The position numbers were made by a program, and so were the translations under genes. This document shows positions 10,401-25,200 of a DNA stretch of 64,000 bases, one piece after another (within the stretch, counting starts at the first letter, position 1; each line of letters starts with the position of its first letter). This DNA is from Octopus sinensis (lineage: Eukaryota). The notes beneath the pieces were generated by a model. The model was not told the DNA's origin. It did no database searches and saw only the letters and a list, made by a program, of their open reading frames with translations. Location: positions 16,802,001-16,866,000 of the forward strand of contig NC_043025.1 in assembly GCF_006345805.1 (NCBI RefSeq), written 5' to 3'.

Positions 10401-13400
10401 TTAGCCAGTAGAATCGTTAGCGTGTAGAATCGTTAGCATATAGAATTGTTAGACACTAGAATTGTTACCCTGTAGAATCGTTAGCCTGTAGAATCGTTAG
10501 ACACTAGAATTGTTACCCTGTAGAATCGTTAGCCTGTAGAATTGTTAGACACTAGAATTGTTACCCTGTAGAATCGTTAGCCTGTAGAATTGTTAAACAC
10601 TAGAATTATTAGACACTAGAATCATTATCCTGTAGAATCGTTAGACTGTAGAATCGTTAGCCTGTAGAATCGGTCACCTGTAGAATTATTAGACACTAGA
10701 ATCGTTAGCCTGTAGAATTGTTAGCCTGTAGAATCGTTAGCATGTAAAATCGTTAGCCTGTAGAATTGTTAGCCTGTAGAATCGTTAGCCTGTAGAATCG
10801 TTAGACTGTAGAATCGTTAGCCTGTAGAATCGTTAGCCTGTAGAATCGTTAGCCTGTAGAATCGTTAGCCAGTATAATTGTTAGCCTATAGAATCGTTAG
10901 CCTGTAGAATCGGTCACCTGTAGAATTATTAGCATGTAGAATCGTTAGCCTGTAGAATTATTAGCCTGTAGAATCGTTAGACTGTAGAATTGTTAAACGC
11001 TAGAATTGTTAGCCTCTAGAATCATCGTTAGCCTGTAGAATCGTTAGCCTGTGGAATTGTTAGCCTATAGAATCGTTAGCCTGTAGAATCGTTAGCCTGT
11101 AGAATCGTTAGCCTGTATAATTGTTAGCCTATAGAATCGTTAGCCTGTAGAATCGTTAGCCTGTAGAATCGTTAGCCTGTATAATTGTTAGCCTATAGAA
11201 TCGTTAGCCTGTAGAATCGGTCACCTGTATAATTATTAGCATGTAGAATCGTTAGCCTGTAGAATTGTTAGCCTGTAGAATCGTTAGCATGTAGAATTAT
11301 TAGACACTAGAAACGTTAGCCTGTAGAATCGTTAGCATGTAGAATTGTTAGCCTGTAGAATCGTTAGCATGTAGAATTATTAGCCTGTAGAATCGTTAGC
11401 CTGTAGAATTGCTAGCCTATAGAAACGTTAGCCTGTAGAATCGGTCACCTGTAGACTTATTAGACACTATAATCGTTTGCCTATAGCATTGTTAGCCTGT
11501 AGAATCGTTAGCCTGTAGAATTATTAGACACTAGAATCATTAGCCTGTAGAATCGTTAGACTGTAGAATCGTTAGCCTGTAGAATTGTTAGCCTGTAGAA
11601 TCGGTCACCTGTAGAATTATTAAACATTAGAATCGTTAGCCTGTAGAATCATTAGCCTGTAGAATCGTTAGAATATAGAATCGTTAGCCTGTAGATCTCT
11701 TTAGCCTGTATCATTGTTAGCCTACAGAAACATCAGCCTACAGAACCATTAGAGTGCAGAATCGTTAGCCTGTAGAATCGTTAGCCTGAAAAAATTGTTA
11801 GACACAAGAATTGTTGGCCTGTAGAATTATTAGCCTGTAGAATCGTTAGACTGTAGAATTGTAAAACGCTAGAATTGTTAGCCTCTAGAATCATCGTTAG
11901 CCTGTAGAATCGTTAGCCTGTGGAATTGTTAGACACTAGAATTGTTAGCCTGTAGAATCTTTAGCCTGTAGAATTGTTAGACAGTAGAATTGTTAGCCTG
12001 TAGAATCATTAGCCTGTAGAATTGTTAGCCTGTAGAAACGTTAGCCTCTAGAATCATTAGCCCGTAGAATCATTAGCCCGTAGAATCATTAGCCCGTAGA
12101 ATCATTAGCCCGTAGAATCATTAGCCTGTAGAATCATTAGCCCGTAGAATCATTAGCCCGTAGAATCGTTAGCCAGTAGAAACGTTAGACTGTGGAATCA
12201 TTAGCCCGTAGAATCATGAGCCCGTAGAATCATTAGCCCGTAGAATCATAAGCCTGTAGAAAAGTTAGCCTGTAGAATCATTAGCCCGTAGAATCATTAG
12301 CCTGTAGAAACATTAGCCCGTAGAATCGTTAGCCTGTAGAAAAGTTAGACTGTAGAATCATTAGCCTGTACAATCATTAGCCTGTAAAATCATTAGCCTG
12401 TAGAATCATTAGCCTGCAGAATCATTAGCCCGTAGAATCATTAACGCGTAGAATAATTAGCCTGTAGAATCGTTAGCCTGTAGAATCGTTAGCCTGTAGA
12501 ATCGTTAGCCTGTAGAATCGTTAGACTGTAGAATTGTTAGCCTGTAGAATCGTTAGCCTGTAGAAAAGTTAGACTGTAGAATCGTTAGCCTGTAGGATCG
12601 TTAGCGGGTAGAATTGTTAGCCTGTAGAATCGTTAGCCTGTAGAATCGTTAGCCTGTAGAATCGTTAGCCTGTAGAATCGGTCATCTGTAGAATTATTAG
12701 ACACTAGAATCGTTAGCCTGTAGAATCGTTAGCCTGTAGAATCGTTAGCCTGTAGAATCGTTAGCCTATAGAATCAGTCATCTGTAGAATTATTAGACGC
12801 TAGAATCGTTAGCCTGTAGAATCGTTAGCCTGTAGAATCGTTAGCCTGTAGAATCTTTAGACTGTAGAATTGTTAGCCTGTAGAATCGTTAACCTGTAGA
12901 ATTATTAGACACTAGAATCGTTAGCCTGTAGAATCGTTAGCCTGTAGAATTTTTAGCCTGTAGAATTGTTAGCCTGTAGAATCGTTAGCCTGTAGAATCG
13001 TTAGCCTGTAGAATCGTTAGCCTGTAGAATTGTTAGCCTGTAGAATCGTTAGCCTGTATAATTATTAGACACTAGAATCGTTAGCCTGTAGAATCGTTAG
13101 CCTGTAGAATTGTTAGCCTGTAGAATCGTTAGCCTGTAGAATCGTTAGCCTGTAGAATCGTTAGCCTGTAGAATCGTTAGCTTGTAGAATTATTAGACAT
13201 TAGAATCATTAGCCTGTAGAATCGTTAGCCTGTAGAATCGTTAGCCTGTAGAATCGTTAGACTGTAGAATCGTTAGCCTGAAGTATTGTAAGCCTGTAGA
13301 ATCGTTAGCCTGTAGAATTATTAGACACTAGAATCGTTAGCCTGTAGAATCGTTAGCCTGTAGAATAGTTAGCCTGTAGAATTGTTAGCCTGTAGAAACG

Positions 13401-16035
13401 TTAGCCTGTAGAATCGTTAGCCTGTAGAATCGTTAGCCTGTAGAATCGTTAGCCTGTAGAATTGTTAGCCTGGAGAATCGTTAGCCTGTAGAATTATTAG
13501 ACACTAGAATCGTTAGCCTGTAGAATCGTTAGCCTGTAGAATTATTAGACATTAGAATCATTAGCCTGTAGAATCGTTAGCCTGTAGAATCGTTAGCCTG
13601 TAGAATCGTTAGCCTATAGAATCAGTCATCTGTAGAATTATTAGCCTGTAGAATCGTTAGCCTGTAGAATCGTTAGCCTGTAGAATCGTTAGACTGTAGA
13701 ATTGTTAGCCTGTAGAATCGTTAAACTGTAGAATTATTAGACACTAGAATCGTTAGCCTGTAGAATCGTTAGCCTGTAGAATTGTTAGCCTGTAGAATTG
13801 TTAGCCTGTAGAATCGTTAGCCTGTAGAATCGTTAGCCTGTAGAATCGTTAGCCTGTAGAATTGTTAGCCTGTAGAATCGTTAGCCTGTAGAATCGTTAG
13901 CCTGTAGAATCGTTAACCTATAGAATTATTAGACACTAGAATCGTTAGCCTGTAGAATCGTTAGCCTGTAGAATTGTTAGCCTGTAGAATTGTTAGCCTG
14001 TAGAATCGTTAGCCTGTAGAATCGTTAGCCTGTAGAATCGTTAGCCTGTAGAATTGTTAGCCTGTAGAATCGTTAGCCTGTAGAATTATTAGACACTAGA
14101 ATCTTTAGCCTGTAGAATCGTTAGCCTGTAGAAGTTTTAGCCTGTAGAATCGTTAGCCTGTAGAATCGTTAGCCTGTAGAATCGTAAGCCTGTAGAATCG
14201 TTAGCCTGTAGAATTATTAGACATTAGAATCATTAGCCTGTAGAATCGTTAGCCTGTTGAATCGTTAGCCTGTAGAATCGTTAGACTGTAGAATCGTTAG
14301 CCTGAAGAATTGTAAGCCTGTAGAATCGTTAGCCTGCAGAATTATTAGACACTAGAATCGTTAGCCTGCAGAATCGTTAGCCTGTAGAATCGTTAGCCTG
14401 TAGAATCGTTAGCCTGTAGAATCGTTAAACTGTAGAATTATTAGACACTAGAATCGTTAGCCTGTAGAATCGTTAGCCTGTAGAATTGTTAGCCTGTAGA
14501 ATCATTAGCCTGTAGAATCGTTAGCCTGTAGAATCGTTAGCCTGTAGAATCGTTTGCCTGTAGAATCGTTAGCCTGTAGAATCGTTAGCCTGTAGAATCG
14601 TTAGCCTGTAGAATTATTAGACATTAGAATCATTAGCCTGTAGAATCGTTAGCCTGTAGAATCGTTAGCCTGTAGAATCGTTAGACTGTAGAATCGTTAG
14701 CCTGAAGAATTATAAGGCTGTAGAATCGTTAGCCTGCAGAATTATTAGACACTAGAATCGTTAGCCTGCAGAATCGTTAGCCTGTAGAATTGTTACCCTG
14801 TAGAATCGTTAGCCTGTAGAATCGTTAGCCTGTAGAATCGTTAACCTGTAGAATTATTAGACACTAGAATCGTTAGACTGTAGAATCGTTAGCCCGTAGA
14901 ATTGTTAGCCTGTAGAATCATTAGCCTGTAGAATCGTTAGCCTGTAGAATCGTTAGCCTGTAGAATCGTTAGCCTGTAGAATCGTTAGCCTGTAGAATCG
15001 TTAGCCTGTAGAATTGTTAGCCTGTAGAATCGTTAGCCTGTAGAATTATTAGACACTAGACTCGTTAGTCTGTAGAATCGTTAGCCTGTAGAATTGTTAG
15101 CCTGTAGAATCGTTAGCCTGTAGAATCGTTAGCCTGTAGAATTGTTAGACTGTTGAATCGGTCATCTGTAGAATTATTAGACACTAGAATCGTTAGCCTG
15201 TAGAATCGTTAGCCTGTAGAATCGTTAGCCTGTAGAATCAGTCATCTGTAGAATTATTAGACGCTAGAATCGTTAGCCTGTAGAATCGTTAGCCTGTAGA
15301 ATCGTTAGCCTGTAGAATCGTTAGCCAGTAGAATCGTTAGCCTGTAGAATTGTTAGCCTGTAGAATCGTTAGCCTGTAGAATCGTTAGCCTGTAGAATCG
15401 TTAGCCTGTAGAATCGTTAGACTGTAGAATCGTTAGCGTGTAGAATTATTAGACACTAGAATCATTATCCTGTAGAATCATTAGCCTGTAGAATCATTAG
15501 CCTGTAGAATCGTTAGACTATAGAATAGTTAGCCAGTAGAATCGTTAGCGTGTAGAATCGTTAGCATATAGAATTGTTAGACACTAGAATTGTTACCCTG
15601 TAGAATCGTTAGCCTGTAGAATTGTTAGACACTAGAATTGTTACCTGTAGATCGTTAGCCTGTAGAATTGTTAGACACTAGAATTGTTACCCTGTAGAAT
15701 CGTTAGCCTGTAGAATTGTTAAACACTAGAATTATTAGACACTAGAATCATTATCCTGTAGAATCGTTAGACTGTAGAATCGTTAGCCTGTAGAATCGGT
15801 CACCTGTAGAATTATTAGACACTAGAATCGTTAGCCTGTAGAATCATTAGCCCGTAGAATCATTAGCCTGTAGAAACATTAGCCCGTAGAATCGTTAGCC
15901 TGTAGAAAAGTTAGACTGTAGAATCATTAGCCTGTACAATCATTAGCCTGTAAAATCATTAGCCTGTAGAATCATTAGCCTGCAGAATCATTAGCCCGTA
16001 GAATCATTAACGCGTAGAATAATTAGCCTGTAGAA
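7500..16035. repeat. ~5-kb duplication within Sat2 with an internal deletion (A-B-C-A'-C')
   Basis: GGATCGTTAGCGGG at 7628 and 12595; CTGGAGAATC at 8471 and 13470; AGACTCGTTAGTC at 9931 and 15058; TAACGCG at 12442 and 16008. Left boundary approximate. Confidence 0.85.
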
Positions 16036-16260
16036 ACGTTAGCCTGTAGAATAATTAGCCCGTAGAATCATTAGCCCGTAGAATCAATAGCCCGTAGAAC
16101 CATTAGCCCGTAGAATCATTAGCCCGGAGAATCATTGGCCCGTAGAATCATTAGCCAATACAATTGTTAGCCTCTAGAATCATTAGCCTGTAGAATCGTT
16201 AGCCTCTAGAATCATTAGCCTGTAGAACCATTAACCTGCAGAATCGTTAGCCTGGAGAAC

Positions 16261-19200
16261 CGGTAGCCTGAAAAAATTGTTAGTAACTAGAATTGTTAGT
16301 CTGTAGAATAGTTAGCCTGTAGAATTGTTAGACACTAGAATTGTTACCCTGTAGAATCGTTAGCATGTAGAATTGTTAGACACTAGAATTGTTACCCTGT
16401 AGAATCGTTAGCCTGTAGAATTGTTAAACACTAGAATTGTTACCCTGTAGAATCGTTAGCCTGTAGAATTGTTAAACAATAGAATTGTTACCCTGTAGAC
16501 GTTAGCCTGTAGAATCGTTAGCCTGTAGAATTGTTAGACAATAGAATCGTTAGCCTGTAGAATCGTTAGCCAGTGGAATTGTTAGACACTAGAATTGTTA
16601 GCATTTAGAATCATTAGCCAGTAGAATTGTTAGCCTGTAGAATCGTTAGCCTGTAAAATCGTTAGCCTGTAGAATTGTTAAAAACTCGAATTGTTAGCCT
16701 GTAGAATCATTAGCCTGTAGAATTGTTAGCCTGTATAATCGTTAGCCTGAAGAATCAATAGCCTGTAAAATTGTTAAAAACTAGAATTGTTAGCCTGTAG
16801 AATCGTTAGCCTGTAGAATTGTTAAAAACTAGAATTGTTAGCCTGTAGAATCATTAGCTTGTAGAATTGTTAGCCTGTAGAATCGTTAGCCTGTAAAATT
16901 GTTAAAAACTAGATTGTTGCCTGTAGAATCGTTAGCCTGTAGAATTGTTAGACACTAGAATTGTTAGACACTAGAATTGTTAGCCTGTAGAATCGTTAGC
17001 CAGAGGAATTGTTAGACACTAGAATTGTTAGCCTGTAGAATCATTAGCCTGTAGAAATGTTAGCCTGTAGAATCGTTAGCCAGTAGAATCGTTAGCATAT
17101 AAAATTGTTAAACACTAGAATTGTTAGCCTGTAGAATCGTTAGCCTGTAGAATTGTTAGACACTAGAATTGTTAGCCTGTAGAATCGTTAGCGTGTAGAA
17201 TTGTTAGACACTAGAATCGGTAGCCTGTAGACTCGTTAGCCAGTGAAATTGTTAGACACTAGAATTGTTAGCCTGTAGAATCATTAGCCTGTAGAATTGT
17301 TAGCCTGTAGAATCGTTAGCCTCAAAAATCGTTAGCCTGTAGAATTGTTAGACACTAGAGATGTTAGCCTGTAGAATCGTTAGCCTGTAGAATTGTTAGA
17401 CACTTGAAATGTTAGCCCGTAGAATCATTAGCCTGTAGAATTGTTAGACACTTGAATTGTTAGCCTGTAGAATTGTTAGACACTAGAATTGTTAGCCTAT
17501 AGAATTGTTAGACACTAGAATTGTTAGACTGTAGAATCGTTAGCCTGCAGAATTGTTAGACACTAGAATTGTTAGACACAAGAATTGTTAGCCTGTTGAA
17601 TCGTTAGCAGTAGAATTGTTAGACACTAGAATTGTTACCATGTAGAATCGTGAGCCTGTAGAATTGTTAGACACTAGAACCTCTAGCCTGTACAATTGTT
17701 AGACTGTAGAATTCGTCATCTGTAGAATTATTAGACACTAGAATCGTTAGCCTGTAGAATCATTAGACGGTAGAATCATTAGACCGTAGAATCCTTAGCC
17801 TGTAGAATCATTAGCCTGTAGAATCATTAGCCGGTAGTATCATTAGACCGTAGAATCATTAGCCTGTAGAATCATTAGCCGGTAGAATCATTAGACCGTA
17901 GAATCATTAGACCGTAGAACCATTTGCCTGTAGAATCATTAGCCCGTACAATCGTTAGCCTGTAGAATCGTTAGCCTGTGTAATCATTAGTCCATAGAAT
18001 CGTTAGCCAGTAGAATCATTAGCCCGTAGAATCGTTAGCCTGTAGAATCATTAGACTGTAGAATCATTAGCCTGTAGAATCATTAGCCCGTAGAATCATT
18101 AGACCGTAGAATCACTAGCCTCTAGAATCAATAACCCGTAGAATCGTTAGCCTGTAGAATCATTAGCCCGTAGAATTATCAGCCCGTAGAATCGTTAACC
18201 TGTAGAATCATTAGCCCGTAGAATCATTAGCCCGTAGAATCGTTAACCTGTAGAATCATTAGAACGTAGAATCATTAGCCTGTAGAATCATAAGCCCGTA
18301 GAATCATTAGACCGTAGAATCATTAGCCTCTAGAAACATTAACCCGTAGAATCATTAGCCCGTAGAATAGTTAACCTGTAGAATCATTAGCCTCAATAAT
18401 CGTTAGACACTAGAATCGTTAGTCTGTAGAATTGTTAGCCTGTAGAATCGTAAGCCTGTAGAATCGGTCACCTGTAGAATTATTAGACACTAGAATCTTT
18501 AGCATGTAGAATCGTTAGACACTTGAATCGTTAGCCTGCAGAATCGTTAGCCTGTAGAATTGTTAGACTGAAAAAATTGATAGACACTAGATTTTTGCCT
18601 GTAGAATCGTTAGCCTGTAGAATTGTTAGACACTAGAATCGCTAGCCTGTAGAATTGTTAGCCTGTAGAATGGTTAGCCTGTAGAATTGGTCATCTGTAG
18701 AATTATTAGACACTAGAATCGTTAGCCTGTAGAATTGTTAGCCTATAGAAACGTTAGCCTGTAATCAGTCACCTGTAGAATTATTAGACTTTAGAATCGT
18801 TAGCCTGTAGAATCATTAGCCTGTAGAATCTTTAGCATGTAGAATCGTTAGCCTGTAGATCTCTTCAGCCTGTATCATCGTTAGCCTACAGAAACATCAG
18901 CCTACAGAACCATTAGACTGCAGAATCGTTAGCCTGTAGAATCGTTAGCCTGTAGAATCATTAGGCCATAGAATCGTTAGCCTGTAGAATCATTAGCAAG
19001 TAGAATCATTAGCCCGTATAATCGTCCGCCTGTAGAATCATTAGCCGGTAGAATCATTAGACCGTAGAATCATTAGACCGTAGAATCAATAGCCTGTAGA
19101 ATCATTAGCCGGTAGAATCATTAGACCGTAGAATCATTAGACCGTAGAATCGTTAGCCTGTAGAATCGTTAGCCTGTAGATCTCTTTAGCCTGTATCATT

Positions 19201-22200
19201 GTTGGCCTACAGAAACATCAGCCTACAGAACCATTAGACTGCAGAATCATTAGCCTGTAGAATCGTTAGCATATAGAATCATTAGCCTGTAGAACTCTTT
19301 AGCCCGTATCATTGTTAGCCTACAGAAACCTCAGCCTACAGAACCATTAGACTGCAGAATCGTTAGCCTGTAGAATCGTTAGCCTGTGGAATCATTAGTC
19401 CACAGAATCGTTAGCCTGTAGAATCATTAGACCGTATAATCATTAGCCCGTAGAATCGTTAGCCTGCAGAATCATTAGCCGTAGAATCATTAGACCGTAG
19501 AATCATTAGACCGTAGTAGAATCATTAGACCGTAGAATCATTAGCCTGTATAATCATTAGCCGGTAGAATCCTTAGACCGTAGTATCATTACCTGTAGAA
19601 TCATTAGCCTGTAGAATCATTAGCCGATAGAATCGTTAGCCTGTAGAATCGTTAGCCTGTAGAATCATTAGTCCATAGATTCGTTAGCCTGTAGAATAAT
19701 TAGCCCGTAGAATCTTTTGCCCGTAGAATCGTTAGCCTGTAGAATTGGTCATCGATAGTATTATTAGACACTAGAATTGTTAGTCTGTAGAATTGTTAGC
19801 CTATAGATTCGTTAGCCTGTAGAATCAGTCACCTGTAGAATTATTAGACATTAGAATCGTTAGCCTGTAGAATAATTAGCCTGTCGAATCGTTCGCATGT
19901 AGAATCGTTAGGCTGTAGATCTCTTTAGCCTGTATCATTCTTAGCCTACAGAAACATCAGCCTACAGAACCATTAGACTGCAGAATCGTTAGCCTGTAGA
20001 ATCGTTAGCCTGTAGAATCGTTAGACTGTAGAATCATTAGTCCATAGAATCGTTAGCCTGTAGAACCACTAGCCCGTAGAATCATTATCCCGTACAATCG
20101 TTAGCCTGTTGATTCATTCGCCGTAGAATCATTAGACCGTAGAATCATTAGACCGTAGAATCAATAGCCTGCAGAATCATTAGCCTGTAGAATCATTAGC
20201 CGGTAGTATCATTAGACCGTAGAATCATTAGCCTGTAGAATCAGTAGCCCGTAGAATCATTAGACAGTAGAATCATTAGCCTGTAGAAACATTAGACCGT
20301 AGAATCATTAGACCGTAGAATCATTAGCCTGTAGAATCATTAGGTCGTAGTAGAATCATTAGACCGTAGAATCATTAGCCTGTAGAATCATTAGCCTGTA
20401 GAATCATTAGCCTGTAGAATCATTAGCCCGTAGAATCATTAGCCAGTAGAATCATTAGACCGTACAATCATTAGACCGTAGAATCATTAGCCTGTAGAAT
20501 CATTAGACCGTAGAATCATTAGACCGTAGAATCATTAGCCTGTAGAATCATTCGCCGGTAGAGTCATTAGTCCGTAGAATCATTAGCCTGTAGAATCATT
20601 AGCCTGTAGAATCATTAGACCGTAGAATCATTAGACCGTAGAATCATTAGACTGTAGAATCATTAGCCTGTAGAATCATTAGCCGGTAGAATCATTAGAC
20701 CGTAGAATCATTAGCCAGTAGAATCTTTAGCCCGTAAAATCATTAGCCCGTAGAATCATTAGCCTGTCGAATCATTAGACCGTAGGATCATTAGACCGTA
20801 GAATCATTAGCCTGTAGAATAATTAGACCGTGGAATCATTAGACCGCAGAATCATTAGCCTGTAGAATCATTAGCCGGTAGAATCATTAGACCGTAGAAT
20901 CATTAGACCGTAGAATCATTAGCCTGTAGAATCATTAGCCTGTAGAATCATTAGCCGGTAGAATAATTAGACCGTACAATCATTAGCCTGTAGAATCATT
21001 AGCCTGTAGAATCATTAGCCCGTAGAATCGTTAGCCTGTAGAATCATTAGCCTGTAGAATCGTAAGCCTGTAGAATCGGTCACCTGTAGAAATATTAAAC
21101 ACTAGAATCGTTAGCATGTAGAATCGTTAGACACTAGAATCGTTAGTCTGCAGAATCGTTAGCCTGTAGAATCGTTAGACTGAAAAAATTGTTAGACACT
21201 AGATTTTCAGCCTGTAGAATCCTTAGCCTGTAGAATTGCTAGGCACTAGAATCGTTAGCCTGCAGAATCTTTAGCCTGTAGAATCGTTAGACTGAAAAAA
21301 TTGTTATACACTAGAATTTTAGCCTGTAGAATCGTTAGCCTGTAGAATTGTTAGACACTAGAATTGTTAGCATGTAAAATCGTCAGCCTGTACAATTGTT
21401 AGACACTAGAACCACTAGCCTGTAGAATTGTTAGCCTGTATAATTGCTAGACTGTAGAATTCATCATCTGTAGTATAATTAGACACTAGAATCGTTAGCC
21501 TGTAGAATTGTTAGCCTAGAGAATCGTTAGCCTGTAGAATCATTAGCCCGTAGAAACATTAGCCCGTAGAATCATCAGCCTGTAGAATCATTGGCCTGTA
21601 GAATCATTAGCCGGTAGTATCATTAGACCGTAGAATCATTAGCCTGTAGAATCATTAGCCTGTAGAATCATTAGCCCGTAGAATCATTAGCCCGTAGAAT
21701 CATTAGCCTGTAGTATCATTAGACCGTAGAATCTTTAGACCGTCGAATCATTAGCCTGTAGAATCATTAGACCGTAGAATCATTAGACCGTAGTATCATT
21801 AGCGTGTAGAATCATTAGCCGGTAGAATCATTAGACCGTAGAATCATTAGCCCGTAGAATCATTAGCCCATAGAATCATTTGCCCGTAGAATCATTAGCC
21901 TGTAGAATCATTAGACCGTAGAATCATTAGACCGTAGAATCATTAGCCTGTAGAATCATTAGACCGTAGAATCATTAGACCGTAGTATCATTAGCCTGTA
22001 GAATCATTAGCCGGTAGAATCATTAGACCGTAGAATCATTAGACCGTAGAATCATTAGCCTGTACAATCATTAGCCTGTAGAATCATTAGCCGGTAGAAT
22101 AATTAGACCGTAGAATCATTAGCCTGTAGAATCATTAGCCCGTAGAATCATTAGCCCGTAGAATCGTTAGCCTGTAGAATCATTAGCCGGTAGAATTATT

Positions 22201-25200
22201 AGACCGTAGAATCGTTAGACCGTAGAATCATTAGCCTGTAGAATCATTAGCCTTTAGAATCGTAAGCTGTAGAATCGGTCAACTGTAGAATTATTAAACA
22301 CTAGAATCGTTAGCATGTAGAATCGTTAGACGCTAGAATCGTTAGCCTGCAGAATCGTTAGCCTGTAGAATCGTTAGACTGAAAAAATTGTTTGACACTA
22401 GAATTGTTAGTCTGCAGAATCGTTAGCCTGTAGAATCGGTAGACTGAAAAAATTGTTAGACACTAGGTTTTTAGCCTGTAGAATCCTTAGCCTGTAGAAT
22501 TGTTAGACACTAGAATCGTTAGCCTGCAGAATCGTTAGCCTGGAGAATCGTGAGACTGAAATAATTGTTAGACACTAGATTTTTAGCCTGTAGAATCGTT
22601 AGCCTGTAGAATGTTAGACACTAGAATTGTTAGCATGTAGAATCGTTTGCCTGTAGAATTGTTAGACACTAGAACCGCTAGCCTGTAGAATTGTTAGCCT
22701 GTAGAATGGTTAGCCTGTAGAATTCGTCATCGGTAGAATTATTAGACACTTGCATCGTTAGCCTGTAGAATTGTTAGCCTATACAATCGTTAGCCTGTAG
22801 AATCAGTCACCTGTTGAATTATTAGACATTAGAATCGTTAGCCTGTAGAATCATTAGCCTGTAGAATCGTTAGCATGTAGAATCGTTAGCTTCTAGATCT
22901 CTTTAGCCTGTATCATTTTTAGCCTACAGAAACATCAGCCTACAGAACCATTAGAATACAGAATCGTTAGCCTGTAGAATCGTTAGCCTGAAAAAATTGT
23001 TAGACACTAGAATTGTTAGGCTATAGAATTGTTAGCCTGTAGAATTGTTAGTCTGTAGAATTGTTAGACACTAGAATTGTTACCCTGTAGAAACATTAGC
23101 CTGTAGAAATGTTAGCATGCAGAATCGTTAGCGTGTAGAATCGTTAGCCTGTAGAATTGTTAGACACTAGAATCGTTAGCCTGTAGAATCTTTAGCCAGT
23201 GGAATTGTTAGACACTTGAATTGTTAGCCTGTAGTATCATTAGCCTGTAGAAATGTTAGCATGTAGAATCGTTAGCCTGTAGAATCGTTAGCATGTAAAA
23301 TTGTTAAACACTAGAATTGTTAGCCAGTAGAATCGTTAGCCTGTAGAATTGTTGGCCTGTAGAATCATAAACCCGTAGAATCATTTGCCCGTAGAATCGT
23401 TAGCCTGTAGAATCATTAGCCGTAGAATCATTAACCTGTAGAATCATTAGCCTGTAGAAACATTAGCTGGTAGAATCATTAGCCCGTAGAATCGTTAGCC
23501 GCAAGAATCAATAGCCTGTAGAAACGTTAGGCTTAAGAATCATTAGCCCGTAGAATCACTACAGGCTAGAATCGTTACCCTGTAGAATCATTAGCCCGTA
23601 GAATCATTAGACTCTAGAATCATTAGCCCATAGAATCATTAGCCCGTAGAATCGTTAGCGTGTAGAATCATTAGCCCATAGAATCATTAGCCCGTAGAAT
23701 CATTAGCCTGTAGAGTCATTTGCCCATAGAATCATTAACCCGTAGAATCATTAGCCCGTAGAATCACTAGCCTCTAGAATCGTTAGCCTGTAGAATCATT
23801 AGCCCGTAGAATCGTTAGCCTGTTGAATCTTTAGCCCGTACAATCGTTTGCCTCTAGAATCATTAGCCCGTACAATCGTTAGCCTGTAGAATCATTAGCC
23901 TGCAGAATCGTTAGCCTGTAGAATCGTTAGCCTGTAGAATCGGTAGCCTGAAAAAATTGTTAGTAACTAGAATTGTTAGTCTGTAGAATAGTTAGCCTGT
24001 AGAATTGTTAGACACTAGAATTGTTACCCTGTAGAATCGTTAGCATGTAGAATTGTTAGACACTAGAATTGTTACCCTGTAGAATCGTTAGCCTGTAGAA
24101 TTGTTAAACACTAGAATTGTTACCCTGTAGAATCGTTAGCCTGTAGAATTGTTAAACAATAGAATTGTTACCCTGTAGAATCGTTAGCCTGTAGAATCGT
24201 TAGCCTGTAGAATTGTTAGACAATAGAATCGTTAGCCTGTAGAATCGTTAGCCAGTGGAATTGTTAGACACTAGAATTGTTAGCATTTAGAATCATTAGC
24301 CAGTAGAATTGTTAGCCTGTAGAATCGTTAGCCTGTAAAATCGTTAGCCTGTAGAATTGTTAAAAACTCGAATTGTTAGCCTGTAGAATCATTAGCCTGT
24401 AGAATTGTTAGCCTGTATAATCGTTAGCCTGAAGAATCAATAGCCTGTAAAATTGTTAAAAACTAGAATTGTTAGCCTGTAGAATCGTTAGCCTGTAGAA
24501 TTGTTAAAAACTAGAATTGTTAGCCTGTAGAATCATTAGCTTGTAGAATTGTTAGCCTGTAGAATCGTTAGCCTGTAAAATTGTTAAAAACTAGAATTGT
24601 TAGCCTGTAGAATCGTTAGCCTGTAGAATTGTTAGACACTAGAATTGTTAGACACTAGAATTGTTAGCCTGTAGAATCGTTAGCCAGAGGAATTGTTAGA
24701 CACTAGAATTGTTAGCCTGTAGAATCATTAGCCTGTAGAAATGTTAGCCTGTAGAATCGTTAGCCAGTAGAATCGTTAGCATATAAAATTGTTAAACACT
24801 AGAATTGTTAGCCTGTAGAATCGTTAGCCTGTAGAATTGTTAGACACTAGAATTGTTAGCCTGTAGAATCGTTAGCGTGTAGAATTGTTAGACACTAGAA
24901 TCGGTAGCCTGTAAACTCGTTAGCCAGTGAAATTGTTAGACACTAGAATTGTTAGCCTGTAGAATCATTAGCCTGTAGAATTGTTAGCCTGTAGAATCGT
25001 TAGCCTCAAAAATCGTTAGCCTGTAGGATTGTTAGACACTAGAGTTGTTAGCCTGTAGAATCGTTAGCCTGTAGAATTGTTAGACACTTGAAATGTTAGC
25101 CCGTAGAATCATTAGCCTGTAGAATTGTTAGACACTTGAATTGTTAGCCTGTAGAATTGTTAGACACTAGAATTGTTAGCCTGTAGAATTGTTAGACACT

